Assembly (NCBI RefSeq): GCF_037042905.1 | Contig: NC_087246.1 | Location: 4,216,001-4,280,000 of the forward strand | Direction: 5' to 3' | Length of the DNA: 64,000 nucleotides | Source of the DNA: Lytechinus pictus | Lineage: Eukaryota | Shown here: positions 56,965 through 64,000 of the stretch, piece after piece | Layout: each line of letters opens with the position of its first letter | How positions within the stretch are numbered: position 1 is the first letter of the stretch | The notes under the pieces: generated by a model | Told to the model about the DNA's origin: nothing | Database searches by the model: none | What the model saw: only the letters and a program-made list of their open reading frames with translations | Translations under genes and position numbers: made by a program

Positions 56965-56998
56965 CATGGAGCTGCTACTACTCTGTGTTAGCTCCATG
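56965..56998. mobile_element. 34-bp mini-element with 9-bp TIR and 7-bp TSD (second TIR variant)
   Basis: CTTCCAT|CATGGAGCTGCTACTACTCTGTGTTAGCTCCATG|CTTCCAT. Confidence 0.75.
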
Positions 56999-57352
56999 CT
57001 TCCATCATATGAACACAATAAACCCTTTTCATTTCCAAATATTTTATATTCTACGTTCATCCTAAAACAGGTTTGATTTTACGACGAATACCTGGATATT
57101 TACTTGATCTGGAATGTATTATGTCATCAACTTTCAATCTCTGGAAGAAACCCCCTTTCAATGGCTTCCTGTCCAGCCTGATTTTCTTCCAAGAGTTCTG
57201 AAATCCCTAGGATTAGCTGCCATACTGCAAGAAAACACATAATTTTATAACCAGCAAAATGAGATGTTCAGATTCATTTGATGTTGTTTTACGTCATAAT
57301 TCTGTTTACGAGTGGCAAAATGAATAAACTATTATTACAAGAATGTACAGTG

Positions 57353-57427
57353 AAAGAGATAGAAAGAGAGAGAGAGAGAGAGAGGAAGAGAGAGAATGTG
57401 AGAATGGGGAGGGAGAGGGAGTGAGGG
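57353..57427. repeat. GA-rich polypurine tract upstream of the Tbx promoter
   Basis: (GA)n and GGGA runs. Confidence 0.8.
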
Positions 57428-57611
57428 ATTAGGGTTTGTTGAACTTGGACCGTTTGTCTTCCTCTGGGGTTGCCCTCCATGATGAGAAAGCCAGAGGATC
57501 CCCCATAACGGAGATGAAATGAACAGGAGTCGAACGACCAAATACCCAGACATATGATTCTGACTCGTGATCGAAAGAAAAAGAGGGAGGGAGGGAGGCG
57601 GTTGGGTGGGG

Positions 57612-57631
57612 CATGGACCTATAGGTCCATG
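57612..57631. mobile_element. 20-bp perfect palindrome with 7-bp TSD (P-superfamily footprint/mini-element)
   Basis: GGTGGGG|CATGGACCTATAGGTCCATG|GGTGGGG. Confidence 0.8.
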
Positions 57632-58299
57632 GGTGGGGGGAGGGGTGTGGGAGGGGAAGTTGGATATCAGCATTAGACCGACCGACACCCAGAAATGTGC
57701 AGTTTTGATGGAAAGGGAGTTGGGCGGTGGAGGTGAGCGGATGTATATATGAACAGGTTTGTACGGAGGGAAATGCAGGTTGATGTAGGTGAGGGGGGGG
57801 GGTAGATAAAGGGAAAGAGTTTTCAATGATAGCGAATAAAGCAGGATTAGAGAAGGTGATGGAGAAGAAAAAAAAGGAATTTGTCTCTAAAGATAAAGGT
57901 GTTAGAGTTTCTTGTGAAATATTTTTGTGTTAGAATAAACAATCAATACCTTTTCTTAAATAAAAAATCTTATATCTTTGATTTCCTTTTCATTACACGT
58001 ATGTAAATATTCGATATCATCAAAAAGTCTTTTTGTATGGGTAATTTTCATTTGTCCCCTTTTGTTGTCATTTATGTACTAATTGAGTAGTCCAGTTTTC
58101 AACTTTTGTTACTTCACGTCAATCTCAATACGTTGGCAGGATGAAAAAAACTCAGTGACTACAATGAGAGAGAGAATATGATGATATTTATTATTTTTCT
58201 TCTGGGTGAGATTGATGTTACCCTCCTATTCCTATTTTGCCTACTCGGGGCTACTCATGCATTCATCTGCATAATTAGTCAAATGATTTGGTTGTCGAC

Positions 58300-58420
58300 A
58301 ACCAATTATTTACGAGCACGGTTGCATAATTTACCGACGTCGCCTCTATCTGGTGCCGGAGCAATGCTTTACCAACCAATCAGAGACGACATACCTGTAG
58401 CACGTACTAGTCGCTGAGTT
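58300..58420 (+). promoter_or_regulatory. Probable core promoter region of the Tbx gene
   Basis: CpG-rich, non-repetitive stretch ~700 bp upstream of the ATG with ACCAATCAG (CCAAT box at 58376-58380). No canonical TATA. TSS position is inferred. Confidence 0.4.
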
Positions 58421-59093
58421 CAACCCTGGAAAAGAGGCGGGGGTGCAGAGATAAATAACACAAACTTTGGTCCCATTTGTGGATGAAGTTAGCAACTGAC
58501 ATTGTGACTGCTGACTATGACGGTAGATGAAAGTGATCGAAGGGAGGAGAGCTAAGAAAAAAAAAGAGTTGAAGGGACCTATCATTGCAACACTTGTGCG
58601 ATAATCTCAAAACAACGCTGCAGATAGAGAGATCTTGCCCGAGACTTGGGGCTAGATTTTTCGGCACATCACTTCTTTGAAAGATCTCATGGTGGTGAGA
58701 CCTTAATACTTTTCACTCTCTGGAAACGACATTGTCATACATAAAATCTATGCGAGCTCATTTTACCTCCATACAACAGGACATGTGGAACTGGAAGACC
58801 TTTTTAGTTTTTCAAACTTGCGTTTTAGTTTGCAGTTTCTATTACTATTAGTTTTTCTTGGCGTGGGATTTAATCTTAGCCTGTTGAGTCGTCATTTACG
58901 GATTCTAACGCGCAAAATATATCTGTCTGTGCGATCTTTTAATTCACCCTGCGGATTCCCTATCGTCTGCTTCATTATTACGTATCCCATAATATCGACA
59001 GTCTAGGAAGTTATAAAGTGTTTAAAATCGGGTAAATTTGATCTCGAATTTATCCGATCTCACCGAAAAAGTCGGCTTTTTCTTTGGCTGGCT

Positions 59094-59325
59094 ATGGATA
59101 TTACGAGCCATACGGCGGACCCACTTTCTCCGAGGGCTAACGCATTCAGCATCGCTTCACTTATCTCGCCGAGCGACAGGGAAGGTGACGAGGACGAGCT
59201 GACCGCCGGGACTGGCGGCGTGGTATGTCAGGACAGTTCCGTTGCGTCTCTTCAAGCCTTGCACGAGGTACAGAACGGAAACGATTGGGGATTAAGATAC
59301 AACAACGATTATCACAGCATGGAAG
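59094..59325 (+). CDS. Tbx1: First coding exon of a T-box transcription factor, Tbx1 subfamily (most likely Tbx1/10); gene continues beyond the window
   Basis: ORF MDITSHTADPLSPRANAFSIASLIS...DYHSME in a GC-richer island. It contains the eh1 motif FSIASLI in the LSPRANAFSI context typical of Tbx1/10, Tbx20 and Tbx15/18/22 N-termini. From memory, PLSPRAxAFSIASL and an exon ending in ME followed by a phase-1 intron best match Tbx1. Donor ATGGAAG|GTAAAA at 59325/59326. No T-box exon is in the window, so the paralogue call rests on recalled N-terminal similarity. Confidence 0.75.
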
Positions 59326-62300
59326 GTAAAATCCAATTATATTTATGAACATGTTCTAGATATTATTTTGGTTATTACTGTAAAATATAGCCAATGTCAT
59401 GGATATATGATCTGTTTCATTGTCGCTTTGATTGTCCAGTTTGTACACTCTTGCTTCACTGTGAATCGCATAATTTCAATTCAGTCTTGGAATATATGGT
59501 TGCTGCATATTATGTCACAATTGAATAAAAACAATAATTTTGTTACTTCGCAAAAGCCCCATGTACAGAAGGGGATAGTAGTCATTTAGTAGTATCTATG
59601 CTGGTACATGTACTGTAGTAACTAATGCCTTGACCCATACTCTTGAGACTTGAGTCTTGAGTATGAATAATATCACTCTCGCTATTTCACCATGTCACAA
59701 TTTCTGTTTGGACAGAATATGTTAATATGGAAGAAATGTTATGTGTTATTTGATTTCATGGTATCATGACCTAGTAATACTTCAGGGAATGGACTTCTCC
59801 AGCTATTCCCAACCAATTTATTCTCCCTAAAATACATATCCATCTCCAGGGTGCTTCAAATATTCGTGCAGGCACTGCACTCCGAACCCGTTCACCAGCC
59901 CTCCCCCTCCCCATTCTCTCATAAATATGTCGATAGTAGCACGAAGCACATTTGTTTATACATCAACGTGCGTGAGTTCTCATTCGGTAGCTACCCCATA
60001 TAGTTTTATCTTCCAAACCTACAGCAATTCATACATGCTTACATGAGCATCAGAAATATATCAAAGTGGTAAAGAGGACGAATCAGGAATAAAGAGGGAG
60101 AGAGGAATGACATCAAAAAGATAATGTTTTGTAGACGACTCGTGTGATTTATATTGTATAAAGTAGAGACATGATGAGTAGTATGTCTGTCGTGATGATC
60201 ATTATACTTGATGAGAGAAAACTCAGAAAATCTACCGAAACACGTCTGTATGACTGTATTGTTTTCGTACATTTTCAATCTTCTCTCATTGTTCTTTTGG
60301 TTGTATTGTCACCATGCAGATAAAATATTGGCATATAGAAGGCCTATATAGAATGAAAATATATCCGGGAGGCGGGAAATCTCTTTAAAATGATGTAGCC
60401 TCCTCATTTGCGAGGAAAATAATATTGAAGTACGTTTTATTCAGGGTTATAATAATCCTAGTCTTGTTCCTGTATTAGTCGCATTGTATAAAAAAAGATT
60501 TCTTGCTCCTTAGAACAATTTCTACGACTGAGTACATAGGCCTTCATAGCTAGGCTTATTCGTGAAAGACAATAGGCTTGATATTGTCGAAATCTATAAA
60601 TCATTTTCAAACCTTAATTCAAATCTCTAGATCAGTGCATCAATGTGTAATTTTCGAATCAGTATTGCGGCGATCGAAAAATTCAGCTTGAAGATCATAT
60701 CCCTGATAGTTAACGTTGTCGATTGTTTTAGCATAGTATCCAGTGTTGTACTCTTTATATATCATACTCATGAAACACCCAATTTTTGGTGACAAACCAA
60801 CACAATATCAGCTACATGAAGCCGTAATGAATTTAAAAGGAAACCTAATCTGATTGACGCACTGCATATTCCACTCCACTTTACCTCCACTTCTGATAAT
60901 GTTAAAATGATTGTTACTTCTTTTATTGCTAAAACTTTTATTTAACTAAGACAGACAACTTCTGTTGCATATTAATAATGAAGAAAGAAGATGATGAAAT
61001 TTCATAGAAATCACAACAACGTTTAAAAGTTTAACATTTACCATTCAAAGACAAATGACTCAGTGATGTAGTCTATGTATTCAATCATTTAATATTTTCA
61101 AGATTAATAAAGATTATCATTCATTATTTTCGAAACGTGGAATTTTATAGAACGTTTTTTCATGATTCACAGTTAATTGTCACGATCATGACGATGTAAG
61201 TACTAATTGCTCTAACATAGTGCCATTGTAAACAAATTTAAACATAACGCATGAATTCTAAAGTTTATCCATAGGTGGGAATTGGTGTGACTGTTACGTC
61301 TTGATATGGCCAGAATTTAGTGTTACATATAAATATGATTACTAAATTAGAAGGCAACAACGAGACTTTAAAAAGCAACAAATCCACCAAGCCAAGCCAT
61401 AAATGATTTTTTTTCAAATATTGAAACAACGTGCTGTTTATACTACTCTTGAATTCATATTCTTAAATTAAAGATGAAATTAAATGTGCAATCATTCTTA
61501 ACGAGCCAATGCTAAGGCGGAGTGAAAAAAAATCAAGGCATTTTGATATGTAATAATGCCAAGGTGCAAAATATACCCCTGTTAACGACTGGAATCCCTA
61601 GCCGAGCTACCCCGTTGGTCGGTTCCAATGATCCCCTATAGAGGACGTGGGCAGGTACATTCTCAACCTTGATCATGCGGGCTACACAAACACGCCAGAT
61701 GTATTTCCATTTCTCGAGGATTTGCAGGTCAACTGAACCAAAGCCCCCCCCCCCCCTTTCCTTCCCCATCCTCCTGCACATCTGCCACATTTCATGCTTT
61801 CTTTTACTCCATTTTGAATTTATTTTTATAATGTTCGCCACTGAATAGTATTTCAATTTCTTTTCATAATCTGATAATTGGGCATACCGGCTTGTGTTAT
61901 TGTCCCTTTCACTTTTGTTTCTATTATAACTCTCCTCCTCTTACACCATCATAAGGTTGTTAAGGGAACTTAAGACTTCAAAAGAACTTACATGATCCAT
62001 ATTAAATATGTAGGCCTTTGTCGAATTTAATTTCATATATTTCATTTTTGTGTACGTATATTATGTTGTCTGCATCCGACTATCCTCTTTCTCCTCCCCC
62101 ACAGTTTTCTCCAAACTTATCCATTCTTATCCATTTGTCCAATCCGTTTCCATGTTTTCTCATTATTATTATTTTTACCTCATTTGTCTTTCTCTTACAT
62201 TTCCTCTATTTTCTCTTCACTTTCTCCCCCCCCCGATACACCCTTCCCATTATATTTGCGTCACTCAGAGCTCCCCACCCTATACCCCCACCCCCTCTGC

Positions 62301-62931
62301 TGCCCGGATCCCCAACCATATGGAGCATATGGGGCGAGGAATGACGTGTGTATTGTCATTTTATCAGGTCTCAACTTTTTCAAAAACACAATTCAGAGGT
62401 GAAGAGTGTTTAGTCACCAAGCGTTCAAGCCATACCGTTCTTGAGACCTCCATATTACCTCTCCATAGCCTGAACATGTCTGCATTATATTTTCAGAGAC
62501 TGGTGCGAGACATTATTTCTTATATGTCAAACATTGGTGATAAAAGATGTTGCTAAGTTTGTACATTAAATAAACGAAAGAGAAAGAAATGAGTTCCATA
62601 CGCAGTAATACAAAAATAACCATACGTCGATATATCATTGAACTACAAACTATCTGTGAAATAAACAAATAACTGTGATATAAAAGCAGATGAATGACCG
62701 ATTCCATTTTCACTGATCAGCTGATTGCGAAATACCATCAATTATTGATGGTTAGCTGAAAACAAAAAGTTTTTCACTGAAGTGGTATTGTAATTTCATA
62801 GATTTGATACACCAATGAATAGGCCTTAGTGATGCTGATGCTATATAGAATTTGCACACTTTTCAGGAAGAATTTTGCATATCTGCATTTGAAATTGCTT
62901 TTGTCAGTTCATGAAGCTATCGTTGTGAGAC

Positions 62932-62956
62932 CATGGACCTATAAGAATGGTCCATG
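62932..62956. mobile_element. 25-bp mini-element with 7-bp TSD (1 mismatch)
   Basis: GTGAGAC|CATGGACCTATAAGAATGGTCCATG|GTTAGAC. Confidence 0.7.
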
Positions 62957-62980
62957 GTTAGACACAGAAGGGAGTATAAA

Positions 62981-63000
62981 CATGTTGTTATAGGTCCATG
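62981..63000. mobile_element. 20-bp asymmetric mini-element with perfect 7-bp TSD
   Basis: GTATAAA|CATGTTGTTATAGGTCCATG|GTATAAA. Confidence 0.7.
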
Positions 63001-64000
63001 GTATAAAGTAGTCTCATTTTGTTTGCGAAACTGTTGATACGTCAAAGTGGGTGTTGTTTTCTAGGAGACGGTTAAAAATATGATGCAAATAGTTTTTACT
63101 CATTATTTGTGAATGTATCGACCTATATATTATGCGTGTGTATACAGGCATATATAAGTTTTTGTACACGGTAATTCATTTCTTTACATGCAACTATTAA
63201 AGTATAGTTATTTTGAATGAATCGAATACATTAGATATGAAGGTAAATGGGAATGGAGAGCTTTATTATGACTCATAAGCTAACTTTGAAAAACACGTTA
63301 CTATCTTGGTAATACTTGCATGAAAATTACATTATTTTATGATTGCCTTGTTATCTTTAAAAACATATATCAAGGCTTGATACATTACCCAAATTAGCAT
63401 TTTATTACCTTTTAGTTTATATACTTTTTTAAGATTAAGCAACCGTAATTCATTGATTGAGTTGAATCAGTTGTATTGTCAAATGTATCATGAAATATCA
63501 GAATTCCGAATATATTGAAAAAAAAATATTGAAGTAGTTCATCAAGTCACAATTATTACGGCAGCATTTTCTAGTTTTGAATGTTGATTGAAACACTCGG
63601 TAGGTGTAACGTTCCATCACAGCTGTCATTTATTTCACATATCAATGCTACATGGAATTAACAAGTAATCAGAAAATAAGGATATTTCTGTGAAGGGTAG
63701 AGAGTCAACGACCTAATAAGTAGGCGAAAGAGGTTAAATATTGCCATAATGAGACGACTTTTCCCCCTTCTCTCTGAATTTGAAATGTATAAATCCCTAG
63801 CAGAGATTACCATTGCTGTGTGGGGAGATTTTCTCCTGTTAGTCATTGGAATGAGTGGGAGTGATCCTGTCATTTATATTAGCTCAAAAATGAAGGGAAA
63901 ATGGATGAAGTACTATAATTATGACGGGACGTGTAGATTTTCTCACGATATAATTCTTATTAATTGACTGATCTTCTTTGACAGTTTCCCCCCCGAAAAT

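Noticed and set aside
57335-57826. 163-aa Pro/Ser/Leu-rich ORF
   Set aside because: Reverse reading of G/A-rich low-complexity sequence.
57897-57904. T-box half-site AGGTGTTA near the promoter as an autoregulatory element
   Set aside because: A single short motif, expected by chance in 64 kb.
62050-62556. 168-aa ORF as Tbx exon 2 (EECLVTKRSS vaguely like EMIVTKAGRR)
   Set aside because: Lacks LWxxF and GRRMFP, and is derived from pyrimidine-rich low-complexity intron sequence.

Overview
AT-rich animal genomic DNA. The repeat landscape and many poly-G/C runs resemble a sea urchin or related marine invertebrate deuterostome (inference). There is one assembly gap (583-803). The only protein-coding signal I can support is the first coding exon of a Tbx1-subfamily T-box gene at 59094-59325 (+), most likely Tbx1/10. 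It carries an eh1 (Groucho-binding) motif PLSPRANAFSIASLI and ends at a phase-1 donor ATGGAAG|gtaaaa; the T-box exons lie beyond the window. The preceding ~58 kb is gene-poor upstream DNA holding tRNA-derived SINEs, a decayed L2-type LINE, several non-autonomous DNA transposons (TTAA-flanked Kolobok-type, TA-flanked Tc1/mariner- and CACT-type) and microsatellites. The most striking unexplained pattern is a dispersed set of tiny (17-36 bp) palindromes, CATGGA...TCCATG, each flanked by its own 7-bp direct repeat and mostly clustered around the Tbx start. They look like P-element-superfamily excision scars. A second apparent scar class is the strongly over-represented TA-GGCC-TA and its length variants. 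Nearly all other listed ORFs are spurious.
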